Shown here: in pieces, positions 1-11,912 of the stretch
How positions within the stretch are numbered: the first letter of the stretch is position 1
How the letters are laid out: every line of letters begins with the position of its first letter
Assembly (NCBI GenBank): GCA_016618085.1
Contig: JABLTG010000010.1
Span: 1-64,000, forward strand
Length of the DNA stretch: 64,000 bases
Direction of reading: 5' to 3'
Source: Neovahlkampfia damariscottae
Taxonomy: Eukaryota
Notes under the pieces: model-generated
Database searches by the model: none
The model's input: the letters and a program-made list of their open reading frames with translations, nothing else
Told to the model about the DNA's origin: nothing
Made by a program: the position numbers and the translations under genes

Positions 1-660
1 TTAAGTCTTTCATTTGGTGGAAGAACAAGAAGATTTTATGAAAAGAAATTAGGTGACTATGATGATTATTCAGATTTAGTTCGTTTTATTACAATATTGA
101 ATAAAACAACTGATGCTGATTTTCCAACAGAATTCCAAAAGATTTTTGAAGTGGAAAGCTACTTGAGACAATTAGTTGTAGAAATTGCAACTGCTAACTG
201 GGATGGATATACCATCAATCATAATAATTATATGCTTTATCTTGATTCCAAGACAAAGAAATTTAATTTTATCAGTTATGATTTTGATCTTGTTCTTCAA
301 CACATGAATCTTGCAAGAACAAATATTTATGAATGGCAATCAACATTGACACCATTTCCACCTTATGAGATTAAAGAATCACCACTCACTGGAAGAATTA
401 TGAAGGTTCCTCAATTCAGAAAACGATTCACTGAAATATTTCGCATGTTCCTTGATAAAGTTTTCAATTCAAAAAGTGAATTGATTTTAAGAATGAAAAA
501 AATTTTAGATGCTTTGAAAAAGGATGTCGAAAAAGATTTATTTTTTCCGTTGGATTATTTTGGTTATGAAAGAAATTTTCAAAGTTGGTTAAGAGGTTTC
601 AAGGAAACTGAATATTTCATTGAAGCAAGATATAAACATGCAAGAGAGCAATTAGATTAA
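1..660 (+). CDS. CotH-family kinase (spore coat protein H-like), C-terminal part; 5' end lies outside the window
   Basis: Frame is open from base 1. Motifs NWDGY..NHNNYMLY and FISYDFD match the CotH catalytic region. Confidence 0.8.
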   Translation, partial: LSLSFGGRTRRFYEKKLGDYDDYSDLVRFITILNKTTDADFPTEFQKIFEVESYLRQLVVEIATANWDGYTINHNNYMLYLDSKTKKFNFISYDFDLVLQHMNLARTNIYEWQSTLTPFPPYEIKESPLTGRIMKVPQFRKRFTEIFRMFLDKVFNSKSELILRMKKILDALKKDVEKDLFFPLDYFGYERNFQSWLRGFKETEYFIEARYKHAREQLD

Positions 661-861
661 AATAAAATTTATTCCGAAATTAAGCGATTTATCCGATCTA
701 TTTTTAGAACAGAGAGGCAAATGGAATAGAGAAATCATGAAAGTATCTGATTTTTTATCTGAGATATATTGATTGTTTCATCCAAATTTGGTGATTGTTG
801 AACGTTGGCCTTCTAATTGTTTTGATAAATTTCATTGGTCTGTCTGAAGAATTAAAACTCC

Positions 862-3800
862 ATGATTCAAATAACGAGGGTGTTACTCTTCATTAGTTTT
901 TTTATTATCGCACACTCTCAAAATTGCACCTTTTCAACAGGATGTTTTGACTGTTTAGAAAAACCGAGCTGTGGTAATTAACTCTCTTTTTCTAATAATT
1001 TAGTTTGGTGTGGATTGGAAAACAAATGTAAACCTGAAAATTATGCATGCTTTGAACAACCAATTTACTTTTTAGCTGATAAAAATACAAAAAGAACAGA
1101 TAATATTTCAACAATTTTTCCAGTTTTACCTAAAATTTATCCGTCAAATTATTTTGACAATTTTGCTCCTTGGAATATTTCTTTTCAATGCAAAAATTAC
1201 ACAACTGTAAAATCTGTTGATTTTTGTCCAGACTTTAAAAGTAAAAAAAGATATTTTTTAACAATTTCGAAAAAAAGGTAAGCATTGAATTGCAATAACA
1301 ATCAGTACAATTACAAGCTCCTAATGGTGAAACTGTTAAGAATTTAGTTGAAGCTATTCCTACCCAGCCATTGTTAAATTTTCAAAATGCAAAAAATGGA
1401 TCAAACTTCATTGAATCAACGTATTTAAATGAATTCACTGCTATACCTGGTACTTTTTTCTTTCAAAATTCAATTCCAAAATCAAAATTTTTTTCATTTT
1501 TTTACGAAATTATCCACTCCAATACAATTAGAAATTCACCATATTTCGTGAATGACGAGACGAAGAATTTAAAGTTCAGTGATTTATCTTTAACAGGACC
1601 TCCTACTACTGTTTCGGTTGGATATGCAGCGATTTTACAAGACAAAAATGGAAAATTTCAATGTTCGTTTGCAGCTGAAAAACATGTCATTAGAATTCAA
1701 CCAATATTCGAATCATTTTTTGGGATTTTGTTTATCATTGTTTTTTGTGCAAATATTATTGTTTCAGTTATATTTTTATTTTTGATGTTGTGTTGCAATG
1801 GTCATTATACATACACTGTCAGGCAAAAAGGAAGCGCTCATAGAAATTACAATTTTCCAAAGTCATTGGTACTTGATTGCATCATCACTATGATAAGACC
1901 GATCAATTATAAAGATGTAGAATTCATTGGAACCCAAGCGTATTTCTATTTGAAATATTATCGAAGTTTGATGTATGCAGGAATTGGAATCCTTATCACC
2001 AGTATTCCATTGATAGTTTTGGATGTTATTTTATCTAATTACAAATTTACAACTTATGATTTCAGTACAATTTCATTTGCTTCTGTAAATTTGGATGACG
2101 TTTATTTGTCACTTTTTTCTTTGGTTTATATGGCAATGGCTTTTGTTCAAATTTTTTTCACTTTTATTTTTATCACATCAATATCATATTTTGCAAGAGT
2201 TACTTTACCTGAAGAATCAGAGTCAACAAGAACCTTGTTGATAACAGGAATTCCATTGGATATTGATAATGAAGAATTAGTTTTGAACAATTTCATTTCA
2301 AAGAAATTCTTCAAAAGAGGAGATATTGCAGCTGTTAATCTTTGTTATGTTTTTGAGAATTTGAAAAAATTGGCAAACAAGAAAATGAAATTGAACACAA
2401 AGTATCATGAATTTCTATCTGCAAAAGAAAAAAACCAGGAAAGAAAGAAATGGTACCAATGCTGCAGGCACAAAAACATTGATGACAAAATTGAAAGAAT
2501 TACTGAAGAACTCACTGTGATAGATAAATTGATCGATGATGAGATGCAAAAACCATTAGTTACAACTGGAAATGCTTTCATCACTTTTAAAACAAAAGAA
2601 TCAGCTCAAAAGTGTATCAAACTTTCGAAAAATGGATGGAAGGCGTTTTCAGAAAATAAGAATGAGATCAATGTTCCTGAAGAGAAAGAATTTGAAGATA
2701 TAACACTCAAAGGAATTGAAACTGACCATACAAATTCTGAAGTTGAAATAGAAACTAATCAAATATTTGAAGACAAAAAGGAATTTTTGAAAACACTGTC
2801 ATTTTCATATGCTCCTCAGCCTTCGTCCATTATTTGGGAAAACTTGAAATTTTCACCAAAAAACAAGTTTATTAGACAATTTTTAGGAATGATCATTGTT
2901 GTTCTCGTATTCATTACAGTTGCAAGTATTAATTTAATAGTTGATGCGTTGTCCAGAATAAGAGCTATTTTTTCAATCCCACTATCAAATTTTTACCTAC
3001 AATCAAATAGAGTTATTCAATTCATCTTCAATACATTTTCACTATTTTTAGATGCTGAAATTATTGTAACCATCATATCAGTTGTTTTCACTTTTATAAC
3101 AATCAGAGTGCTCACAAAATTTGTCAAAAAATATTCAATAGTTGATGAAATGAAGTTAAATGCAAGAGGAGTTTTGTTCTTTTTATTTTTGAATGCATTC
3201 ATCGTTCCAAAAATTTCTATTTCATATTTTGGTTTTCAAGTTGCTTTTTCATCAAATTCAACATACAGCACATATGACTATTTCATACAACAATTGACTC
3301 CAGCTGTCCTGACTGTGATCATTTTAGTACCAATGTTAGTTGGAAGTAAGTTTTGATTTGTTAATATTCTTTTCCAGCTTTGACTAGAGGATTTCAAGTC
3401 TTTCATATCATTTCACAATATTTGATCAAAGGATCAATCAAGAGAATTGAATATCAGTATACCATGCCTATTGGAATCACTATTTATAATTTTATTCATA
3501 TTTTATACTTCAGCACTGTCATTCCAATCGTTGCAGTTATTGGAGTATTGAACTATATCTATGATTTCTTTATGGTGAAAGCATCAATTTATTATTTCCA
3601 CAAAACAAGTGAAAATCATGGAAGTACATTTTTAAGAGAATCAGTCAGAAATTTATTATTTTTCGTTTTGCTTTATCCTTTCATTTTGACTCTTTTATTC
3701 ATGAGATTCAAGTTGTATTACTTCATTCCCTTTTCAATTGTTTTATTCATTTTGGTTGTTACTTTTTCAATTTCATTTTATTTGATATTTAAATACCTTA

Positions 3801-3964
3801 AATCAAGAAAAATTGAAAAGAAATTCAATACAAATTTCAAAGAAGAATTTGAACCAGAGGATGGATTTAGATACAAACATCCATTGAAAGATTATAAAAA
3901 CTTTAAACAATATTCAAGTTTATCTCATGATATTGAAGCAACATCATCAGAAAGTATTCAATAA
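862..3964 (+). CDS. OSCA/TMEM63 (CSC1)-like mechanosensitive channel with signal peptide and Cys-rich PSI-like N-terminal ectodomain; multi-exon
   Basis: ATG 862 gives MIQITRVLLFISFFIIAHSQNCTFSTGCFDCLEKPSC, then a short intron, then WCGLENKC. ORFs 1371-3356 and 3380-3964 have many TM helices plus RTLLITGIP, TGNAFITF and APQPSSIIWENL, typical of OSCA. Confidence 0.7.
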
Positions 3965-4455
3965 ATTTTCATCAAACGGTCACAATTGATATCAGTGGGA
4001 GAATTTAATTCCAATAATTCTTCTTCGGATGTTGGACCAATCAAAATATGGGGAATAAAAATCAGGATGTATGAAGTAATCTCAATTGCTTCTTTTGTTT
4101 CAGACCTAACCATCATTTTTTATGTTCATACTAACTTGTTTTCAGTGATAAAAAATTCTTGAAGTTCCTCGAAGTTCAGCTATTATGTGATTGCAATGTA
4201 AGTGGTAATCAAAATATTGATAACATTACACCATTGCATATATTTAGTTCCGATTGATAGTTGGTATCAAGTGACTTGGTAATCTGTTGATTTGAACAAA
4301 GATAAAAAATATTGAAGAAAATTGTTCCCACAAGTCCATTGTCAACAATTTTTACTAATTTCAATAGTTTAAAATCATGTTCAGTTTTTGATTCTTCACC
4401 CAATAAGAAAATTCTTTACCATCCAATCAAACAGATTTCTTTTCGTCAAAAAAAC

Positions 4456-6566
4456 ATGAGCTGGTTATTGATCTTGTTCACCTCATTTTTGGGTTTATTT
4501 ATTTTTCTCTATATTTTGACAAAACCAAAGAGAAGAAAACAACATCTTGATCATCCAAAAGTAGTTCAAATAGATTCAAAAGAAAAAAATCGTTCAAAGA
4601 TTTATCGTCACTTTTTATCAAAAGATGGATTACTCACTGAAAGTTCATTCAAAGGATATCCATCGGGGAAAACGTTGTATGAATCTTTTATGGAAGCAGT
4701 TGAAAAACGACCTTCAAATGATTGTTTGGGAACAAGAATGAATGATGGTGGATATAACTGGATTACTTATAAGGATTTAGAACAAAGAGCAACATTATTT
4801 GGATCTGGATTGTTACAAATTGGAGCAAAATCAAAAGAACTAATTGGAATTTTTTCAGGAAATAACGAAGAATGGACAGTATCTGATAGAGCTCTTATCA
4901 TGTATTCCATGACTTCAGTGCCTTTGTATCAAGTATTATTTTATTTTTTTTTTTAATTTTTTAAAGACATTAGGACAAGAAGCTGTAGATCATATTCTCA
5001 ATATTTGTGAAATCAAAATCATAATATCAACACCAAAACATATTCCAACTTTACTAGCAACAAAATCTAAATTTTTAAAAACGATTGTTGTGATTGGAGA
5101 TGATTTTAAAGATTTAGAAGTAAAGACAAATGATACTGATGTAAAATTAATGAAATTTTCAGACATGTATCATTTAGGAAAAATTAATGTCATGAAACAT
5201 ATTCCTCCGTCAAAGGATGATATTTGCACGATTTCCTTTACTTCAGGAACAACAGGTGAGTTTTTTTCGAAAAAAATAATTGACTTTTAATAGGTGTTCC
5301 AAAAGGTGTTATGTTATCTCATGGAAATATTATGACTGCTATTAAACCAGTTTTGATTGAAATGAATTATGGAGAAGATGTTCATATCAGGTAAAAAATT
5401 TTTTTTGACATTTTGAAAGTTATCTCCCTATGGCTCATGTTATGGAAAGAATTCTTCAAACTGTCATGTTTCATCATGCTGGTAAAATTGGATTTTTCCG
5501 TGGAGATCCAACAAAACTATTGGATGATGTTATGTGTCTAAAACCAACCATTTTCGCATCTGTACCAAGAGTTTATAACAAAATCTATGATGCTGTCACT
5601 TCTCAAATTGAAAAAAAAGGAGGACTTACAAAGAAATTATTCGATTTTGCGTACAATACAAAATTGGAAATGTTGAAAGATGGATATCAACCATGTATCC
5701 ATTCTTTTTGGGACTATTTGGTATTTTCAAAAATTAAAGAAAGATTAGGTGGTAAGGTTCGATATTTAATCACAGGTTCTGCTCCAATATCCAAAGAAAC
5801 AATGAATTTCTTGAGAATTTGTTTTTCATGTCCAATTATTGAAGCTTATGGACAAACTGAAACAGCAGGTATTGCTACATTATCTCAAATTGATGATGCT
5901 TCAGTTGGAAATGTTGGACCTCCTTCTGTCAATAATGAAATTTGTCTAGAAGATGTTCCAGAAATGAATTATTTCCACAATGACAAAAATCCATGTGGAG
6001 AGATTTTAGTTCGATCAGCAGAACCATTCAAAGGATATTATAAAGAACCAGAAAAAACAAAAGAAACAATTGATCAAAATGGTTGGGTCCACACAGGAGA
6101 TATTGGAACTATTCTTCCAAATGGATCATTGAAGATTATTGACAGAAAGAAAAATATTTTCAAGTTATCACAAGGCGAATATATTGCTCCAGAAAAAATA
6201 GAAAATATTTGTGTTCAAATGCCAATCATACAAGCTATTTGGGTGACTGGTGATTCATTTCATTCTTATGTAATTGCATTTGTTGTTCCATTTCCAGATG
6301 CTTTTCTTTCAAAAGCCAAAGAAATGGGAAAAGAAGAAAATTTGGAAAAACTATGCAAGGACGCAGAAATGAATGAAATTGTATTAAAAGAAATGGAAGA
6401 ATTTGGAAAATCTAAGGGATTGAATAAATTAGAAATTCCAAAGATTATTTATTTGGAACCTGATATGTGGACCCCAGAAAGTGATCTTTTAACACCAACC
6501 ATGAAAACTAAAAGACCATCATTTCAAAAATACTATCAAAATATTATCGATAGAATCTATAAATAA
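4456..6566 (+). CDS. Long-chain fatty acyl-CoA synthetase (ACSL/LACS), multi-exon
   Basis: N-terminal TM anchor; AMP-binding motifs FTSGTTG/PKGVMLSH, YGQTE, GWVHTGDIG and IIDRKKNIFKLSQGEYIAPEKIE. Confidence 0.95.
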
Positions 6567-6583
6567 AATTTGAAAATTTTTAT

Positions 6584-8039
6584 TTAAAGTTCTTTTAAGG
6601 CAGCAGTTGCATCTTGATTACCACCATCAGCTGCTTTTTTATACCAAAGTTTAGCTTTTTCAATATTCTTTTCTGTTCCATCTCCATTCTCATAGAAGAT
6701 TCCAACAGTGTATTGTGCATCAACATTTCCATGTTTTGCTGATTTTAAATACCATTCAAAAGCTAATTTTAAATTGCTTTCTACACCATCTCCATCTTCA
6801 TAACATTGACCAACTTCAATTTGAGCTTTTGAATAATTTTGTTTTGCTGATGCCATAAAACAATCAAATTTCTTTTTGGAGTCATGAGGAACACCAAGTC
6901 CTTTCATGTAGCATAATCCTAGTTGATAATACCCAAAAGCATCATTTTTTTCAATTGATTTGTTCAAATAATGAATCATTGAATTCAAATTTTTATCAAC
7001 ACCTTTTCCGAATTTATAACATAATGCTAAATTGGAATTTCCTAAAGATAAACCTTGTTCTGCAGATTTTTTGAACCAATTATATGATTGAGAATCACTT
7101 TTTTCAACACCATATCCTTGTGCGTAGCCTAGAATCTTTAGTTTTAGTTGAACTTACATTGTGCTAAAGTGAATTGTGCATACATATTTCCATTCTGTGC
7201 AGCGGTCTTCATCCAGAAAACCATGGTCTCATTATTTTGTAAAATCATATTCGCCTTTGCAACAGCAAACATTTCATCAACATCATCTGGATCTGTTGCT
7301 ATTAAATCTTGTAATATTTGAGTTCCATCTAATTTATGTGAATGGAGATTTGCCAAAGATTCACCATAATAACATAAAACCACTTTGTCATTTGGATTTT
7401 CTTTTAAGTATTTTTCACAAATTTGATTGATCTTCTCAAATTCTCTAATGTAGTGAAGAGAAAACACATGTGAAATAATTGAGTTTTTGTTTGAAAAATC
7501 AAACGAATCTAAATTGAAATCTGAGTCAATTTCAGGTGTCTCTTCATGAATTTCTTGTTTAATTACATCTTTTTTTGTTTCATCTTTTACCTCTTGTTGT
7601 TTTATTTCCACATTTTTTGTTGGTTGAATTTTAGGTTTTTCTACTGATTTGATAGGTTCTGATTTCATTTCAACTTTTGGTTCAACATTTTTTTGGTTTT
7701 GTTCTTTTGGTTTTTCTTTCACCGTTTTGTCTGTTTCTTTCAAATTTTCTTTCAGTTCATCAAATTCTACTTGTGACAAAATGTGTTTTTTCAAAAGTTC
7801 TTCATATTTTTTAATTTTTTGCAAACTCTCTTTTGAATAATCAGTTGTTTCTTCATCTTTCAATGGTTTAACAGATATTTTTAAATGTGGTTTTTTTGAA
7901 CCACGATGAGAAAAATCTAAACATTGTTGACAAGTTTTGAAACCACAGTTTTCATGGTTGCAAAGATATAAAGCATCAAAGTCACCACAAATTTCTTCGG
8001 AGTCAATATTTTGTTCAACTTACGGCAAAGTGCAGACAT
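6584..8039 (-). CDS. B-box-like Zn finger + SHOCT-like + SEL1-repeat protein
   Basis: Spliced N-terminus has Cys/His spacing (ICG..LCNHENC..TCQQC..H..H); KYEELLKKHILSQVEFDELK is SHOCT-like; repeated AQYxVG.FYE.GDG..K...KA..WY.KAA SEL1 units. Confidence 0.8.
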
Positions 8040-8334
8040 TAGAAATAAAATATTGGCCAATGAAATAAATATTTCTAAAAACAGAGTTTTTTAACATCAC
8101 AAGAGATTGCCAAACTGAAAAGCAAGAAGAAGATTTTACAGTTCAAACTGGAGATCAAAAATTAGCACTTGATATTCTCAAAGGAAAATTTGAAGAACAA
8201 AATTTCACGAAACTTTCGAAAAAAACGCCTTCAAAGCAAAACAAGAATTAAATTCAAAGAGTTGATGAAAGAATTGCGACAATTAACAAACTCTTCAAAT
8301 GTGTTGGAAATAAAGAAAAAAAAAAAAGAACACT

Positions 8335-9483
8335 TCAAAAGAAAAATTTTACATCAACTAATTTTGGAGTCATTTTCATTTTACAGGGAACTTGAAATTT
8401 CCAAATTTCTTCAATTTCTTTACGATCATGATAAAATACAATCTGATTTTTGATACACTTAATTTCACAATAACCTACATCAATATTTTCAGAACAAACA
8501 AATCTCTTTTCTCTCATTGAATAAATCATCAGTTTGGTGGCGTCTTTGTTTTCTTTCATTACAACTAACATGAAAAGATAATCGGAATTTTCAGAAAAGT
8601 CACAAGAATAAATCATAACCAGCCCCAAACTGGAACAACTAATAGTACAAAATGATTTTTCAATTTCATGGGTGTATTTTTGATGATCTATCATTTGATA
8701 AATTCTCATCGTTTTTTCAAAATAATTCTCACAAACAATAAATTCACCATTTCCAGAAATACAACGAATAAAATCATCAACAAAGATTGTTTTTTTTGTT
8801 GATAGATCTGTAACACTATGTTCAGTTGTAATAAACCTTTTCACAAATTTTGAATCATAGGAAAAAGGTATTGTAGTGAAAGTAGTTTTTTCATCATCAA
8901 TAACTTTAATATTATCTGGTGTATTGTTGATCAATCCATTGACATAGATAACATCATCAAATTGATGAATTGCTGTGACATCCCAGAATTTTTCATTTGT
9001 CACTGATTTTATTTTGGCAGTGAAACATGAAACAGATGTACAATTGGAAATGAATGAATCTTTAAAGAATGAGAGAAATTTTTTTTCATCTGTAGACTCC
9101 ATTGTCATGTGGTATATCGATATTTCAATCTCATGATGAAAAAAATATTTCCAATGAATATAAAATTCGTCAGGTTTTGATTGATAAAATTCATACAAAC
9201 TGAGATGTTCAATTTGTTCATGAAAGTCATTGTTTATGAAATTTTCAAAATTAATAATTTTTGAGGAATTTGTTGATGAATCATAGAATGCTATGATGCT
9301 TGGTGATAAAAATTTCCAAATTAATGATTTGTTAAAAATCAAATGTTGATTATGATAATTTCTTTGTGAGTAGAATACAGGTCTCACTGGAAAATCAATT
9401 TGATGAGATGTTTCGTGCTTGAAATATTTTTGTATAAATGGAATTGTTAAATTCTGGATGAAACAAAAAACACTTGAAGACAT
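8335..9483 (-). CDS. Hypothetical protein, beta-rich, ending in KLVDVKFFF
   Basis: Uninterrupted 382-aa ORF with an ATG start; no recognisable family. Confidence 0.6.
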   Translation of the reverse strand: MSSSVFCFIQNLTIPFIQKYFKHETSHQIDFPVRPVFYSQRNYHNQHLIFNKSLIWKFLSPSIIAFYDSSTNSSKIINFENFINNDFHEQIEHLSLYEFYQSKPDEFYIHWKYFFHHEIEISIYHMTMESTDEKKFLSFFKDSFISNCTSVSCFTAKIKSVTNEKFWDVTAIHQFDDVIYVNGLINNTPDNIKVIDDEKTTFTTIPFSYDSKFVKRFITTEHSVTDLSTKKTIFVDDFIRCISGNGEFIVCENYFEKTMRIYQMIDHQKYTHEIEKSFCTISCSSLGLVMIYSCDFSENSDYLFMLVVMKENKDATKLMIYSMREKRFVCSENIDVGYCEIKCIKNQIVFYHDRKEIEEIWKFQVPCKMKMTPKLVDVKFFF

Positions 9484-9685
9484 GTGTATTGATAAAAAAT
9501 GAATTCACCAATAGAATCCAAATTGCTGTATTTGGTGATTTTTCAAATTCTTAGACCAAAAATTTTATTGTAGGTACTTTCAGATAAAAACTAAATCCAT
9601 TCCAAATTTTCCGAAAGCGTATTGATTCAACCAATCAAATCAGAAACCTAAGGAATAGACGTTCGTTTTCGGAAAAAAAAAAGTA

Positions 9686-10717
9686 ATGAAAATTCTTGTC
9701 ATACTCAGCTTATTCGTACTTTTATGCCAATGTAAAAACTTTGATATCAAAACACAACTCATTGCTGGAGGAACAAAAGCAACTTCTGGCCAAATTCCTT
9801 ACGCAGTTGCTTTGACAGAAAATGATGAAATCACTCATTTCTGTGGAGGTTCTCTAATTAACAAAGACTGGATTTTAACAGCTGCTCATTGTTTTGATAA
9901 CGGTACTCAAATAGCAGATGTTACATTTATATTAGGAAGATTAAATTTACCTTCACAAACAGGAGGTATAGCATTAACAGCAAAAAGGGCTATTATACAT
10001 CCTTCATATGATGAAAGAAATACAGAAACTAATTATGATATCGCTTTGGTTGAACTTTCAACTTCAGTTGCAGAAACAGCAGAAATTAAATATATTACAC
10101 CTCATCAAGGAGACGATGTGCCTGTTGGAACTAACGTAGTGGTATCAGGATGGGGCACAACACCTGCAACACCTAAAGATTCAAGTCCTGATCTCTTAAC
10201 TGTCTCGGTTCCAATACAACACGTAGCTGATTGTGATTTGACAGATGCTGCAGGTTCAGTGAGATATTGTGCATATTCATCAAGTCCAATTAAAGATTCA
10301 TGTGGAGGTGATTCAGGTGGACCACTTGTTTGGACTTCAAATAATGTTGATTATTTGATTGGTGTTGTATCTTATGGATCCAGCGTAAAACAATTTTTTT
10401 TAATATTTTAGGGAGCTTGTGGTAATGTTGATACTTTTGGTGTATACACTAAAGTTAAAAGTTATATTTCTTGGATGAAACAATACGTACCTTTTCCAGT
10501 GACATCTTCAGTCACATGTTTTGGAATATCAGCATCAGATCAATCAGTTTGCTCAGGAAGAGGAACATGTACAGCTACTGATATTTGCTCTTGCAATAAA
10601 GGATATACTGGAAATCAATGTCAAACTCTTGTTGTTGATTTTGGTTCTGCAAGTTCAATGAGTTTCAGTATTTTTGGAATCTTGATGTTTATGGCAATAA
10701 TTTACTTATTTAATTAA
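9686..10717 (+). CDS. Secreted trypsin-like (S1A) serine protease with EGF domain and C-terminal hydrophobic/GPI-like tail
   Basis: Signal peptide; IAGG; TAAHC, DIAL and GDSGGP triad motifs; 27-nt intron at 10385-10411; CSGRGTC...C.C..GYTG.QC EGF. Confidence 0.93.
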
Positions 10718-10836
10718 GACTTCAATAAATTTTAAAAATTTTTTTTTTCTTCAACCGAAAAACGTGAATTGAAACTGGCCAATAAAAATCAAAACGAAAG
10801 AACGTTTTTCTCAGCAACGGTCCTCTAAGAAACAAG

Positions 10837-11859
10837 ATGAAACTCATCATATCTGCACTTATTTTTGTTATGTTAACCATGGTATGTCAAAGTAAAGAAT
10901 TCAACATTCAAAATCAATTGATTGCTGGAGGTACCAAAGCATCACAAGGAGAAATACCTTACATGGTTGCTCTTACTCAAGGAGGTGAAACGAATCATTT
11001 TTGCGGTGGTACTTTAATTGATTCAACTTGGATTTTGACGGCAGCTCATTGTTTTGATGGTGGTAGCATAATTGACAATTTAGAGGAAACCATGTTTGTG
11101 ATTGATCGATTGAATATCCCATCAAGAACAGGAGGAATTGTTATGAAAGGAAAAAGAGTTCTTGTACACCCTCAATATGATCCAGCTGATAAAACTATGA
11201 AGCATGACATCGCATTGGTAGAACTTGCAACACCAGTACCAGAAACAGCAACAATCAAATATGCAATACCACATCAAGGGGCATCAGTACAACCTGGTTC
11301 AAGTGTAGTAGTATCAGGATGGGGTATGACTCATCAAAGATCTTTTGCTTCAAGTGATGATCTTTTAACGGCAAGAATTCCTTTACAAGATACTTCAAAG
11401 TGTAATTTGAGTGGAATTGATGCGTCGATCAAATATTGTGCTTTTTCAGTCAGTCCAATTCAAAATACTTGTCAAGGTGATACAGGAGGACCACTTGTTT
11501 GGACTTCAAATAACGCGAACTATCTGATTGGAATTGTTTCATATGGTGCATCTGTTGACTGTGGTAGTGATGGTAGCTATGGAGTTTATACAAAAGTTGA
11601 AAGTCATATTCCTTGGATTAAAAAATATTTAACAGTACCTTCTGCTTCAGGGTGGGGTTGCTTTGGAATATCAGCTTCAGATCCATCAGTTTGTTCAGGA
11701 AGGGGAAATTGTGTTTCAACTGACAAATGTTCATGCAATAAAGGATACACAGGTAACGAATGTCAAACAATTGATGTTGATTTTGGTTCTGGAACAGTAA
11801 CAAAAGCCAACTTCCTTGGAACATTGTTGTTATTGATTTTAATCTACTTACTTCAATAA
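10837..11859 (+). CDS. Tandem paralogue trypsin-EGF protein with catalytic Ser replaced by Thr
   Basis: Same architecture as the upstream gene, but GDTGGP instead of GDSGGP; intronless. Confidence 0.92.
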   Translation: MKLIISALIFVMLTMVCQSKEFNIQNQLIAGGTKASQGEIPYMVALTQGGETNHFCGGTLIDSTWILTAAHCFDGGSIIDNLEETMFVIDRLNIPSRTGGIVMKGKRVLVHPQYDPADKTMKHDIALVELATPVPETATIKYAIPHQGASVQPGSSVVVSGWGMTHQRSFASSDDLLTARIPLQDTSKCNLSGIDASIKYCAFSVSPIQNTCQGDTGGPLVWTSNNANYLIGIVSYGASVDCGSDGSYGVYTKVESHIPWIKKYLTVPSASGWGCFGISASDPSVCSGRGNCVSTDKCSCNKGYTGNECQTIDVDFGSGTVTKANFLGTLLLLILIYLLQ

Positions 11860-11912
11860 AAATAAATTTTTATAAAAATTTCCAATAATTTTTCAAGAAT
11901 TAGGTCTTTTCA

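Noticed and set aside
4312..4455. Extended N-termini from TTG/GTG or upstream starts in the ORF track (also 58267, 19522, 31646, 16394)
   Set aside because: This is a eukaryotic locus; CCAAT box or motif position and signal/TM context point to the downstream ATGs.
8169..8453. Lys-rich plus-strand ORF
   Set aside because: Non-ATG start, overlaps the 3' end of the 382-aa gene and has no recognisable domain.
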